64,000 bases of DNA from Candidatus Krumholzibacteriia bacterium (lineage in GTDB: Bacteria; Krumholzibacteriota; Krumholzibacteriia; JAJRXK01), in assembly GCA_041484665.1 (NCBI GenBank), contig JBGPIA010000008.1:120701-184700 (forward strand). The letters are read 5' to 3'. The notes under the pieces were generated by a model. It was not told the DNA's origin. It did not search any database and saw only the letters and a program-made list of their open reading frames with translations. The translations under genes were made by a program, and so were the position numbers. Each line of letters begins with the position of its first letter. Positions within the stretch are counted from its first letter, which is position 1. Shown piece by piece: positions 10,125-19,825 of this stretch.

Positions 10125-11527
10125 CGCGGTTCCTCCGGCGGCTTGGAGGCGGGCAGGATCATGCGCATCTCGAAGATGGAGATCATGGGCAAGAACCGGA
10201 TGAACAGGAACATCAGGGAGAGGAACAGGCCGATCGTCCCGAAGAAGGTCATGAAGTCGAAGCGCGTGGGATGGTACATGCCCCACGACGACGGCAGGAA
10301 GTCGCGGTGGAGGCTGGTGACGATGATCACGAAGCGCTCCAGCCACATTCCGACGTTCACGAACATGGCGATGATGAACAACGCCGTGACGGAATTGCGC
10401 ACGCGCCGCGACCAGAGCAGCTGAACCACCAGCACGTTGCACAGGATCAGCGCGTACCACGTATAGCGGTACGGGCCGGTGACGCGGTTGAGGATCATGA
10501 ACCGCTCGTAGCGGTTTCCGCTGTACCACGCCATGAAGATCTCGACGGCGTAGCCATAGGCCACGATCAGGCCGGTGGCCAGCATCACCTTGGCCATGTT
10601 CTGCAGGTGGCGCATGGTGATGAAATCCTGCAGCCCGAACAACACGCGCAGCGGAACGGACAGGGTGATTACCATGGCGAATCCGGCGAAGATGGCCCCG
10701 GCGACGAAGTAGGGCGGGAAGATCGTGGCATGCCAGCCGGGGACTTGGGCTGCGGCGAAATCGAAGCTCACCACCGTGTGCACCGAGACCACCAGTGGCG
10801 TGGCCAGCCCCGCCAGCATCAGCGACGCCATCTCGTAGTTGTGCCAGTGGCGCGCCGAGCCCCGCCAGCCCATGGCCAAGAAGCCGTACAGCTTCTGCGC
10901 GAGGAGGCTCTGGGCGCGGTCGCGCAGCGTGGCCAGATCGGGGATCAGCCCCACGAACCAGAACAGGAGCGACACCAGCGCGTACGTCGAGACTGCGAAT
11001 ACGTCCCACATGAGCGGGCTGCGGAACTGCGGCCACAGCCCGAAGGTGTTGGGGATGGGCAACAGGTAGTAGAAGCGCCATGCCCGCCCCATGTGGATGA
11101 GCGGGAAGAGCCCCGCGCACGCCACTGCGAACAGCGTCATGGCCTCGGCAAAACGATTGATGGAGTTGCGCCACGGCTGACGCAGCAGCAGCAGGATCGC
11201 CGAAATCAAGGTGCCCGCGTGCCCGATCCCGATCCACCACACGAAGTTGATGATGTCGAACGCCCAGCCCACCGGGATGTTGTTCCCCCAGATCCCGATG
11301 CCCTTGGCGAACAGCATGGTCAGCGAGTAGAGCAGCATCATCAGGATGGCGAACGATCCGCCGAACGCGGCGTACCACCACTTCGGCGTCCCGGTCAGGA
11401 CCACCGCCGAGATCTTGTCGGTGACCGTGGCCGCGGTGTGCCCCGGCGCCATCAATGGAGGCCGAGTCGGCGGGGCGGGACGGGCTGGGTTGGGCCGGGC
11501 TGGGCCGGGAGCCGGGATCTCCGCCAC
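10121..11527 (-). CDS. actC: Alternative complex III subunit ActC (NrfD/PsrC family)
   Basis: NFVWWIGIGHAGTLISA, SPLMWDVFAV, SVHTVVSFDFA, PPYFVAGAI, GMWLERF. Confidence 0.95.
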   Translation of the reverse strand: MAEIPAPGPARPNPARPAPPTRPPLMAPGHTAATVTDKISAVVLTGTPKWWYAAFGGSFAILMMLLYSLTMLFAKGIGIWGNNIPVGWAFDIINFVWWIGIGHAGTLISAILLLLRQPWRNSINRFAEAMTLFAVACAGLFPLIHMGRAWRFYYLLPIPNTFGLWPQFRSPLMWDVFAVSTYALVSLLFWFVGLIPDLATLRDRAQSLLAQKLYGFLAMGWRGSARHWHNYEMASLMLAGLATPLVVSVHTVVSFDFAAAQVPGWHATIFPPYFVAGAIFAGFAMVITLSVPLRVLFGLQDFITMRHLQNMAKVMLATGLIVAYGYAVEIFMAWYSGNRYERFMILNRVTGPYRYTWYALILCNVLVVQLLWSRRVRNSVTALFIIAMFVNVGMWLERFVIIVTSLHRDFLPSSWGMYHPTRFDFMTFFGTIGLFLSLMFLFIRFLPMISIFEMRMILPASKPPEEPR

Positions 11528-14500
11528 TAGCCTCCCTCCAGCTCGGGGTTGGGATTGCGCAGCTTCGCCAGGTAGGTCGTCCGCGGCCGCGTGCCCAACT
11601 CGGTCAGCAGCCCGTAGTTGAGCGGCGTGGCCTTCCAGCGCGTGACCTCCGACTGCGTGTCGTTGATATCTCCGAAGACGATGGCCTGCGTCGGGCACGC
11701 CTGCTGACAGGCGGTCACGATCTCGCCGTCCTGGATCGGGCGGCCTTGCGTCTTGGCGTTGATGCGCGCGACGTTGATGCGCTGCACGCAGTAGGTGCAC
11801 TTCTCCATGATGCCGCGCATGCGCACGGTCACGTCGGGGTTGCGCTGCATCTTGAGCGTCTCGCTGCGGCGGTCGTTGTACTCCAGGAAGTTGAAACGGC
11901 GGACCTTGTAGGGGCAGTTGTTGCTGCAGTACCGCGTCCCAACGCAGCGGTTGTAGGTCATATCGTTGAGCCCCTCGGCGCTGTGCGACGTGGCGGCGAC
12001 GGGGCAGACCGGCTCGCAGGGCGCCTGCTCGCAGTGCATGCACATCACGGGCTGGTGCAGCGCCGAGGCCTCGTCCAGGCCGCCCTCGAAATAGCGGTCG
12101 ATGCGGATCCAGTGCATCTCGCGCCCCTTGTGCACCTGCTCCTTGCCCACGATCGGGATGTTGTTCTCGGCCTGGCAGGCCACCACGCAGGCATTGCAGC
12201 CGATGCAGGCCGTGAGGTCGATGGCCAGCCCCCAGGCGTGGCCCTCGTACTTGAAGCCCGGGTACAAGGAGAGGTTCTCCTGGGCCCGGTCGGCGTCACG
12301 GGCGAAGTCGGGGTTGGACTGGTACTGGGCGAGCGTCCCGACGCGCACCAGCTCGCGCCCCTCCATGCTGTGGTGCTCCTGCGTGCAGGCCAGAGGATAG
12401 CGGCGCCCCAGCGGCGTCACGGCGATCCCCGCGGCGATCCACGGGGCCCCGGCAGTGCGCAGCGCATACGCGTTGAAGCCGCAGCCGTTGCCCACCCGCC
12501 CGGCGCGGGTGCGCCCGTAGCCCAGGTGGAGCGTGATGGCGCCATCGGCTTGCCCGGGCAGCACCCAGACGGCCACGGCCAGCCGGCGCTCGCCGCTGCG
12601 CAGCTCCACCAGGTCCTCGTTGGCGACGCCCAGCCGCTGCGCGGTCGCGGGGCTCAGCAGCGCCGCGTTGTCCCAGGTGAGCTTGGTCAGAGGCTTGGGG
12701 CACTCCTGCAGCCACCCGTTGTTCGCGTGGCGTCCGTCGTGGACAGTGGGATCGGGCCGGAAGATCAGCGCCAGGCCCGCACCCAGCGCCGCAGAGTCCG
12801 AGAGCCTTGCTACGGCCTGCGCGATCCCGGCCGACTGCACCGCCGCGGCGCGGGGCAGAAGCGCCGTCCCGGCGAGCACGCCATCGTGGACTGCCTTGCG
12901 CCAGAACGACTCGAAGTCGGCCGTGGCTCGCGGCTGTGCCCGCCAGTGCTCGCGCACCAGGTCATAGTCCGTCGCATCCGGGCGCTCCAGCAGACAAGCG
13001 AGGACGCCGTGCGCGGAGCGGCCGTCGTAGAGCGGCTCGATCAGCGGCTGCACGATCGTGACCGTGCCGTCGAAGGCCCGCGCGTCGCTCCAGCTCTCCA
13101 GCGCGTGCGTCTCGGGCAGGTGCCAGTGGCAGTAGTCGGACGTCTCGTTCTGGTGGAGCCCCAGGTGCACGCGCAGCGGGACCTTCTGCATCGCCGTGGT
13201 GAAGTCCAGATCGACGGGCGCGTCGTACACGGGGTTGCCCCCCAGCACCACCAGCAGGTCGATCTTTCCCCCCGCCATCTCCGCCACGAGACGTTGTAGG
13301 GAGTCCAGCTGGTCCTCGGGCTGGGCCTCGACCGCATCGGTGAGCAGCACCGTGGCGCCCAGATTGCCCAGCGCCGCGTTCATGGCGTGGGCCAGCGCGT
13401 GCAGCTCTGGCGGCGCATGCTCGCCGGCCACCACCACGCTGGCGCCGCGATGGGCCGCCAGATCGCGGGCGATCACGGCGGCCTTGGCCGACAGCGGCGG
13501 CGGCAGATCGGGCGGCGCAGCGGCGCCTGCCACCCCCAGCTGGGCGGCCAGCGCCAGGACGAAGCCGTCCAGCTGGGCGGGCGCGAGCGCGAGCCGATGG
13601 TCGGCCACCGTGCCCGAGCTGGTGGGCGTGCTCTCGACGCAGTAGAGGCGGCTCATCGCAGCGCCAGCGACCCGCGCGCGCCGCGTCGACATGAAGTCCC
13701 GCGCGTAGCGCACGGCGGCCGGTCCCTCACACATGAAGTCCGCGTCGAGGGCGACCACCACGCGGGCCCGGGTGAAGTCGTAGCGCGCGTCGGTCCAGTC
13801 GCCAAACGCCATTCTGGCGCCCACGCGCGCGCCGTGACGGCCGGCCGGCTCGTACTGGTGCCAGCGCGCCTTCGGATAGCGCGCGAGCAGCTCGCGGATT
13901 TGCGCCGCCAAGGTCGGCGAGGTGATGGTGGTGGTCAGCAGGCGCAGACCGGCGCCCTGCAGCCCCTTCTGTGCGGTCAGGGCGCCCGCAAGCTCGGCCA
14001 GGAACGTCGTCCACGAGCGGATCTCGCCGAGGGAGGTGGGCGTCTTTGAGCGATCGGGATCGTAGAGCGTCAGCACCGACGCCTGCGCGAACAGGTCGGT
14101 CGAGCCCAGGCTCGCCGGATGATCGGGATTGCCCTCGACCTTGGTGGGCCGCCCTAGGTGGCTCTCCACGAGCACGCCCATCGCGTAGCCGCCGGCCGGT
14201 ACCGCGGTGGCGAAGTAGAGCGGCTTGCCGGGGATGATCTCCTCGGGCTGCTTGACGTAGGGAACGATCTTCTCCAGCGGCTGGCGCGCGCAGGCCGCGA
14301 GCCCGGCCAGCGCGAACGAGGCACCCATCAACTGCAGGAAGCGCCGCCGCGAGAAATCCGCCTCCATGCCGACTGGCAACAGCGACGGGAACTCGCGCTG
14401 AACCAGCTCCTGGAACTGCTCGGTCTGCGCCAGCTCGTCGAGGCTGCGCCAGTAGGCAGGGCCCTGTTGCGCCGCCAGACGCTCGCGCACGGCGGACAGA

Positions 14501-14685
14501 TCGAGGCGGCGCGGCGCATCGGTGTCGGCGGGCAGGCACGTCGGCGGACCGGTCGGGGGGCCGGTCGGCGGACTGGCCGGGGCGCCGGTCGGCAGGCCGG
14601 CGGACCCGCTACCGGCCGGGCTCTCGGGCGGGCGCAGCGGGTCGTGCTGATGATGCTGCAGTGCGGCCTCGCCGAGCGGCTCCAC
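11527..14685 (-). CDS. actB: Alternative complex III subunit ActB (molybdopterin-oxidoreductase-like + Fe-S fusion)
   Basis: YWRSLDE, Tat motif [17 protein letters not shown]-terminal [37 protein letters not shown]. Confidence 0.95.
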   Translation of the reverse strand: MEPLGEAALQHHQHDPLRPPESPAGSGSAGLPTGAPASPPTGPPTGPPTCLPADTDAPRRLDLSAVRERLAAQQGPAYWRSLDELAQTEQFQELVQREFPSLLPVGMEADFSRRRFLQLMGASFALAGLAACARQPLEKIVPYVKQPEEIIPGKPLYFATAVPAGGYAMGVLVESHLGRPTKVEGNPDHPASLGSTDLFAQASVLTLYDPDRSKTPTSLGEIRSWTTFLAELAGALTAQKGLQGAGLRLLTTTITSPTLAAQIRELLARYPKARWHQYEPAGRHGARVGARMAFGDWTDARYDFTRARVVVALDADFMCEGPAAVRYARDFMSTRRARVAGAAMSRLYCVESTPTSSGTVADHRLALAPAQLDGFVLALAAQLGVAGAAAPPDLPPPLSAKAAVIARDLAAHRGASVVVAGEHAPPELHALAHAMNAALGNLGATVLLTDAVEAQPEDQLDSLQRLVAEMAGGKIDLLVVLGGNPVYDAPVDLDFTTAMQKVPLRVHLGLHQNETSDYCHWHLPETHALESWSDARAFDGTVTIVQPLIEPLYDGRSAHGVLACLLERPDATDYDLVREHWRAQPRATADFESFWRKAVHDGVLAGTALLPRAAAVQSAGIAQAVARLSDSAALGAGLALIFRPDPTVHDGRHANNGWLQECPKPLTKLTWDNAALLSPATAQRLGVANEDLVELRSGERRLAVAVWVLPGQADGAITLHLGYGRTRAGRVGNGCGFNAYALRTAGAPWIAAGIAVTPLGRRYPLACTQEHHSMEGRELVRVGTLAQYQSNPDFARDADRAQENLSLYPGFKYEGHAWGLAIDLTACIGCNACVVACQAENNIPIVGKEQVHKGREMHWIRIDRYFEGGLDEASALHQPVMCMHCEQAPCEPVCPVAATSHSAEGLNDMTYNRCVGTRYCSNNCPYKVRRFNFLEYNDRRSETLKMQRNPDVTVRMRGIMEKCTYCVQRINVARINAKTQGRPIQDGEIVTACQQACPTQAIVFGDINDTQSEVTRWKATPLNYGLLTELGTRPRTTYLAKLRNPNPELEGG

Positions 14686-14694
14686 GGCGTCCTC

Positions 14695-15345
14695 CTAGCG
14701 GTGGCAGGTCGAGCAGTAGGTGAGGCTCTGGATCTGGTACTCCTGCACCAACTCGCGCCCCAACTCCTCCTGCGCCCGCGGGGGCTGCCAGCCCATGGTG
14801 AAGATCTGCGAGCGCGGCCGGACGTAACGCTCGGGATGACGGTGGCAGTCGACACACCACTCCATCTGCAGCGAGCTCGCCTGCTGCATGAGGGGCATCT
14901 TGTCCACGCGGCCGTGGCACGTCTCGCAACCGATCCCCTTGGCAACGTGGATACTGTGGTTGAAGTAGACGAAGGCCGGCAGATCGTGAACGCGCGTCCA
15001 GCGGATCGGGAGGTTTGCGCGCAGGCTCTGGCGCACCGGCTCCAGCATCGGACTGTCGGACCAGATCTGCTTGTGGCAGTTCATGCAGGTCGCCGTAGGC
15101 GGGATCCCCGCGAAACTCGACTCCTCGACCGAGGTGTGGCAGTAGCGGCAGTCGATTCCCAGGCCGGCCGTGTGGTGGTCGTGGCTGAAGGGCACGGGTT
15201 GCTGCAGGATGACGGTGCGGCCGGTCGCATAGGACGACCGGCTCAGCTGGGCGAACACCCAAGCGACCGCGGCAAGGACGAACACAGCACCATAGATGGT
15301 GAACCGCGAGATCGCGTTGGTACTGCGATGGAAGATCTGGGCCAT
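14695..15345 (-). CDS. actA: Alternative complex III pentaheme cytochrome c ActA
   Basis: N-terminal TM and five CxxCH motifs (CRYCH, CMNCH, CETCH, CVDCH, CSTCH). Confidence 0.95.
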   Translation of the reverse strand: MAQIFHRSTNAISRFTIYGAVFVLAAVAWVFAQLSRSSYATGRTVILQQPVPFSHDHHTAGLGIDCRYCHTSVEESSFAGIPPTATCMNCHKQIWSDSPMLEPVRQSLRANLPIRWTRVHDLPAFVYFNHSIHVAKGIGCETCHGRVDKMPLMQQASSLQMEWCVDCHRHPERYVRPRSQIFTMGWQPPRAQEELGRELVQEYQIQSLTYCSTCHR

Positions 15346-15486
15346 CAGGGGTCGCTGCTTCGACGGGCCCTACGTGGCAGGTTGGGCGGCCGGCCCTGCG
15401 GGGCGCGTTCGGTTCGAGCAGTGCCACGCACCAGAAAGCCGGGCACTCCGGAGGGCGCGGCCGGTGCGCCCGTTCGACGGCCGCAC

Positions 15487-15515
15487 CTTGTATCACGCCC
15501 TGCCTGCCGGGTCAA
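15487..15515 (-). promoter_or_regulatory. Putative sigma70 promoter of the act-cox operon
   Basis: TTGACC-17 nt-TACAAG with TGn extension, ~140 nt upstream of actA. Confidence 0.55.
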
Positions 15516-15528
15516 CCCCCTCGCCTCG

Positions 15529-16038
15529 TCACTGGCCGCGGTCGACGTCCTGCTTGCTGTAGAACCCCAGCTCGGATGCCGTCAGCAGCTTGGTCAGGAG
15601 CGCCACCTGCCCCACGTGGTAGGAGAAATGCTCGACCACGTGCACGAGCATCGCCAGGCCGGTCTCGCTGAAGGCCTGGATGCGCCGCCGCTGGAGGAGC
15701 GAGCCGGGATCCAGGCGCACCAGGGCGGTCTCCACCGCACGGGAGGTGGTGTTGAGCTGGGCGATCAGGTCCGCCTTGCTAAGCTCGCCGCGAGCGTCGA
15801 ATTCGGCCTGACGCTGGCGCTGGTCGGGCTCCCCGCCCAACCCGTGCGCGATCCACTGACGGGCGTTGCCGCAGACGTGCAGCACGAGATTGCCCACGGC
15901 GTTGGAGGCCTCGTTGGGGCGCCACCAGACCTGCTCCTCGGTGAGCAGCTCCAGGCAGCGGCGCAGCCGTGGGATCGACTCGTCGAGCAAACGGCGGCGC
16001 GACTCCTGGACCAACGCGCGGGCAACGTCGCCGTCCAT
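15529..16038 (-). CDS. DinB/DUF1572-like four-helix protein
   Basis: WWRPNEASNAVGNLVLHVCGN, R..EF, HVVEHFSYHVGQ; ATG overlaps the upstream stop. Confidence 0.85.
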   Translation of the reverse strand: MDGDVARALVQESRRRLLDESIPRLRRCLELLTEEQVWWRPNEASNAVGNLVLHVCGNARQWIAHGLGGEPDQRQRQAEFDARGELSKADLIAQLNTTSRAVETALVRLDPGSLLQRRRIQAFSETGLAMLVHVVEHFSYHVGQVALLTKLLTASELGFYSKQDVDRGQ

Positions 16039-17963
16039 CAGCGCCCCGTCCGCGCGACGACGCGCTTGCCCAGGCTCGCCTGGAACTCGATCTGGAGGAA
16101 ATCGATGGTCACGCCCGCGCTGCGGTTGCCCAGCGGGAGCGCATCCACGGTGAACTGGTGGTCGCCATACCAGCTCCCGCTGGTGTAGAGGGCGTCGCTG
16201 TAGTAGGGCAGGTTGGCGCTGGGCGCCTGCAGCGGGGTCGAGGCGTTGAGCTGCCCGTCGAGCGTCCACTGGATCCCTTCGCCGGCGGCGGGCCCCGTCG
16301 AGCCCGGGCTCCAGCGGACAACACCGCTGCTGAACACCGGACCTGTGGTGATCTCACCGGTGAAGGCGAGGCTGCGCTGGCTGCCGGCAGCGGAGTTCAG
16401 CGCGCCCCAGTCCAGGTCGAGGGGGCTGTCGTCCTGCGCGCCGAAGGTGACGCGTTCGTTTCCGACCCGCACCGCGATCCAGTCGAACTGCACGCTTCCG
16501 GAGAACCCGTCGAAGGCAATGGTGAACAGCCGGTCGGTGTCGATGGCACGCACGGGCAGGTCAAACGTGTCCAGCGTCCAGGTCGTTGGATCCGACGTCG
16601 CGCGCTGCTGGCTGGTGCCGAAGGCCAGCTGCTCGTTCTCGTAGTACACCGTGAAGCTCCATGGGCCCGTGCCGTTGCCCGTGATCCAGCGCAGCGAGAT
16701 CTGACTGCCGGCAGGGATCGTCCCGCTCAGCAGGAACTGTGGCTTGGGCAGGACCGCGACCACTGCGTTGGCGGACACCCCGAGGTTGGCGTCGCCGCCG
16801 TTATTGTTCTGCTGTCCGATCTGCAGGCGGGTCAACGAGAGTGGCGCGCGGCGCGTGAGGCGCGTCTCGCTCGCGGCGATCTCGGCTCCGCGTGAAACCT
16901 CCGCCCGGATGGTGTTCACGCCCAGGTCGAGGGGGACTCCGACGTATCCGAAGGCTGAACCGTCCAGCCAGCCCGGCCCGACCGGCTTGCCGTTGACCAG
17001 GACGACCACGCTATCGGCTTGCGAGTCGTTGATCGTCCCGCCGAGATCCACCGCGCTGCGCGTCGTCACGACGCCTTGGGGCGGCTGGTCGATCGTGATC
17101 ACCAGCGGCGCTTTGCGCACCACGATGACGGTGTCCGCGTTGCTGCCGGACAGCGGTGCTGGCCGGGTGGCCGCCACGATGATGGTGTCGGGGCCGTCGT
17201 GCAACGCAACGTCCGCCGCGAACGAGCCCAGCTGCAGGGGCAAGACTGTGGAAGCAACGCCCGGGCGGAGCGAGATGGTTCCTGCCGTCAGGAAGGGGTC
17301 GTTGACCTGTCCCGTCACGTGCAGCGTGGGGCTGGTGACGTTCTGCCCGTCGGTGGGCACGGTGATCTGCATGACCAGCGGCCCCGTGCCGGGCAGGGAG
17401 TACCCGCGCGGCGGAGCGACCCGCAGCGTCACGGTGCCCTCCACTCCTGGCTGCGCGAATCCCGGAGCGATCCCGATCCACGACACGGCCGTGCTGTCGA
17501 GGAATGCGATCGCTACCAGATTCCAGCCGATGGCAGCCGCGAGCACGCCGTCGGCCACCTGTCCATCGAAGTGCAGCTCGCTTTCGGCGACGATGGGGAA
17601 GCGCGCGCCCAGCAGGGCGCGCCACGACGGCCACGAGAGCACGGGCGGTTGGTACGACTGGATCAGCGACTGGTACGGGGCCGAGACCGGGATTCCGCCC
17701 ACGATGGGGATCCCCGAAGCGTCGAGCACCAGGGCCATCGCGCGGCTGATCGCCCGGCTGGGGCTCGCCCCGGGCAATCCCGGGCGCGCCGCCTGCTGCG
17801 CGCTGTCATCGAACAGAACACGCAGCTCCAACCGCGCGGGGCGGGTGGCGTCGTCGCTCGCGCAGCCGGGCGGCAGCGCGAGCGCCAGCGCGATGAGCAG
17901 AACGCTTCGCACAGCGGCCGCACACAAAGCCGACAGCCGCCGGCGGCACGCCCATCGGGCCAT
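16038..17963 (-). CDS. Putative lipoprotein with tandem Ig-like (glucodextranase B-like) domains
   Basis: Signal ending LALALPPGC; two 'ITxPxxG.VT....V/L.G...D' / 'L..G.N/DTI' Ig-like repeats; beta-rich C-terminus; AGGAGG before ATG 17963. Confidence 0.6.
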   Translation of the reverse strand: MARWACRRRLSALCAAAVRSVLLIALALALPPGCASDDATRPARLELRVLFDDSAQQAARPGLPGASPSRAISRAMALVLDASGIPIVGGIPVSAPYQSLIQSYQPPVLSWPSWRALLGARFPIVAESELHFDGQVADGVLAAAIGWNLVAIAFLDSTAVSWIGIAPGFAQPGVEGTVTLRVAPPRGYSLPGTGPLVMQITVPTDGQNVTSPTLHVTGQVNDPFLTAGTISLRPGVASTVLPLQLGSFAADVALHDGPDTIIVAATRPAPLSGSNADTVIVVRKAPLVITIDQPPQGVVTTRSAVDLGGTINDSQADSVVVLVNGKPVGPGWLDGSAFGYVGVPLDLGVNTIRAEVSRGAEIAASETRLTRRAPLSLTRLQIGQQNNNGGDANLGVSANAVVAVLPKPQFLLSGTIPAGSQISLRWITGNGTGPWSFTVYYENEQLAFGTSQQRATSDPTTWTLDTFDLPVRAIDTDRLFTIAFDGFSGSVQFDWIAVRVGNERVTFGAQDDSPLDLDWGALNSAAGSQRSLAFTGEITTGPVFSSGVVRWSPGSTGPAAGEGIQWTLDGQLNASTPLQAPSANLPYYSDALYTSGSWYGDHQFTVDALPLGNRSAGVTIDFLQIEFQASLGKRVVARTGR

Positions 17964-18186
17964 GGCCGACATCCTCCTGGGAACGCTGAGGTGAGGCTCA
18001 GTGGGGACGGATCGCCGCCCCGAGCGCAAGCATCCTCAAGGAGGGGTACCCTGGCAAGGGCGAACCTGCGGTGTGCCGGGAGACGCGCAGCGTGCTTGGG
18101 GCGAAGTGATCCCGAGCGGCGCGACGCTGCCACGACGATGCCGCGGCGAGATCGCGGCCAGATCGCGCTGGACTCGAGGAAGAGAA

Positions 18187-18216
18187 ATCGGCCGGAGGCT
18201 CTCGCCTCCGGCCGAT
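18187..18216 (-). terminator. Rho-independent terminator of the Cys-Thr repeat gene
   Basis: Perfect 13-bp stem ATCGGCCGGAGGC / GCCTCCGGCCGAT with 4-nt loop, followed by TTCTCTT on the minus strand. Confidence 0.7.
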
Positions 18217-18300
18217 CGCTTCCATCAGGGCGTGCGCCACGTCGCGCCGCGACGCGCGCGCTTCAAGCGCAGGGCAACCGGTTCGCGACCGTCGTGGTCG

Positions 18301-19692
18301 CTAGCGATCGTACCCGTGCTTGACCTCGCCCCAGCTCTTGGTCGCGTCAGGCACCGGGCAATTGACGCCCAGCGTACAACGTGGCCCGCTCGTGCAGACT
18401 GCAGAGCTCGTGCAGCCGATCGCGCTTGACGTGCAGATTGTCGCCGTCGTGCACACTCCGCCGGTGCAGTTGGCTCCTGCCGTACACCCCGGCCCGGCCG
18501 TGCACGCGAACGGAGCGGCTGTGCAGCCCGCGCCGACCGTGCAAGCGTTCGGACCCTGTGTACATGCGATGCCGAGGGTGCAACCCGCGCCCAGCGTGCA
18601 GGCCTGGGGACCCTGCGTGCAGGTGGGGCCGCCCGTGCAGCCACCGCCGAAGGTGCAGCCCGGTCCGTTCGTGCAGACGTTGCCGGCCGTGCAGCCCGCC
18701 GCGCCCGCCGTGCAGGTCGCGCCGTTCGTGCAGGCGGGTACGCCAGCCGTGCAACCCGCGCCCAGCGTGCAGGCCTGGGGACCCTGCGTGCAGGTGGGGC
18801 CGCCCGTGCAGCCAAGGCCGAAGGTGCAGGCCGGTCCGTTCGTGCAGACGTTGCCGAACGTGCAGCCCGCCGCGCCCGCCGTGCAGCCCGCGCCGTTCGT
18901 GCAGGCCGGTACGCCTGCCGTGCAGCCCGGACCGGACGTGCAGGCCGTCGGATCGAAGGTGCAGTGACCGCCGCCGGTGCAACCCGCGCCCTGGGTGCAG
19001 CCTGCCGCCCCGGCCGCGCCGGATGTGCAGAATGCGCCCCTCGTGCACGCGTCCGGACCGGAAGTGCAGCCAGGGCCCTGCGTGCAGGTCGTGCCGACCG
19101 TACACGCGTGGGGACCGAACGTGCAGTTGTCACTCGAGGTGCAGTTGGTGCAGTTGGTGCAGACCCCGGACGTGCAGCGGTCGCCTGCCGTACAGGCCGC
19201 AGGCCCCGCCGTGCAGTTCGCGCCCATCGTGCACCACGCGCCCGTGGTGCAGCTGGGGCCGTCCGTGCAGACGGGAGACTGAGTGCAGTAGACGCCCTGC
19301 GTACAGCCCGAGCCCTGCGTGCAGGTCGCTCCACCCGTGCAAAGTGACTGCGCCGTGCAGTCGGGAGTCACGGTGCAGATACTCTGCGTGCATTCCGCCC
19401 CCACAGTGCAGTCTTGCGCAAGGGTGCAGTCAGGGCCCTGCGTTTGCTCGTTTGACTTGTCGACGCCGGCCTGCGGTGGGCCGGTCAGGAACGGGTCGCC
19501 GACCTTCCAGACCTTGCCGGCCATCCCGTTGGCGGAGAGATCGATGATGTGCGTGAACAGCGGCGACGCTTCCGCGTCGGTGGCCTGCACCCGCAGACCG
19601 TGCTGGACCGCCACGTAACCGACCGCCCCCACCGCGAGCAGGAGCAGGCACAGGATCCGGGTACATCGGCCGACCTTGAACGTTGTCCTCAT
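18301..19692 (-). CDS. Secreted Cys-Thr (CTxGxx) repeat protein with C-terminal SWGxxK motif
   Basis: Basic + hydrophobic N-terminus; 58 consecutive CT-initiated units (mostly 6-7 aa) plus a final Cys; ends PDATKSWGEVKHGYDR; alternative start 19728. Confidence 0.85.
   Translation of the reverse strand: MRTTFKVGRCTRILCLLLLAVGAVGYVAVQHGLRVQATDAEASPLFTHIIDLSANGMAGKVWKVGDPFLTGPPQAGVDKSNEQTQGPDCTLAQDCTVGAECTQSICTVTPDCTAQSLCTGGATCTQGSGCTQGVYCTQSPVCTDGPSCTTGAWCTMGANCTAGPAACTAGDRCTSGVCTNCTNCTSSDNCTFGPHACTVGTTCTQGPGCTSGPDACTRGAFCTSGAAGAAGCTQGAGCTGGGHCTFDPTACTSGPGCTAGVPACTNGAGCTAGAAGCTFGNVCTNGPACTFGLGCTGGPTCTQGPQACTLGAGCTAGVPACTNGATCTAGAAGCTAGNVCTNGPGCTFGGGCTGGPTCTQGPQACTLGAGCTLGIACTQGPNACTVGAGCTAAPFACTAGPGCTAGANCTGGVCTTATICTSSAIGCTSSAVCTSGPRCTLGVNCPVPDATKSWGEVKHGYDR
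18583..18924 (-). repeat. 171-bp tandem duplication (2 x 57 aa, nine CT units each) inside the Cys-Thr gene
   Basis: CTAGVPA-CTNGAx-CTAGAAG-CTxGNV-CTNGPx-CTFGxG-CTGGPT-CTQGPQA-CTLGAG occurs twice (18754-18924, 18583-18753). Confidence 0.9.
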
Positions 19693-19825
19693 GACGATAG
19701 AGTCACCCCCCCAGAGATTTGCCCTCATGGGCTTCTGGTTGAGAGAGCTGCAAAAGCACGTCCTGACGAGCGCCGGGCACCAAGGGGGCAGGACGCGCGG
19801 CTGGGACGTGCCCGCAGCATACCTG

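Noticed and set aside
9567..12043. Long N-terminal extensions of ActD, ActC and ActE (also mdh, the PPIase and the 49920 gene) in the ORF track
   Set aside because: Open-frame run-ons into upstream genes; real starts have an RBS or stop/start overlap further downstream
18360..19430. Periodic GTGCA DNA motif as a CRISPR or iteron array
   Set aside because: The 18-21 bp period is explained by coding repeats; no constant repeat with unique spacers and no cas genes
18320..19618. Plus-strand ORFs with VQP/VQA repeats (18320-18967, 18977-19282, 19319-19618)
   Set aside because: Antisense shadows of TGC-ACx (Cys-Thr) codons; fragmented and without signal or terminator, unlike the minus-strand gene
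18301..19692. Multiheme cytochrome or polyferredoxin interpretation of the Cys-rich protein
   Set aside because: No CxxCH motifs; the single CxxCxxC is not followed by xxxC(P)
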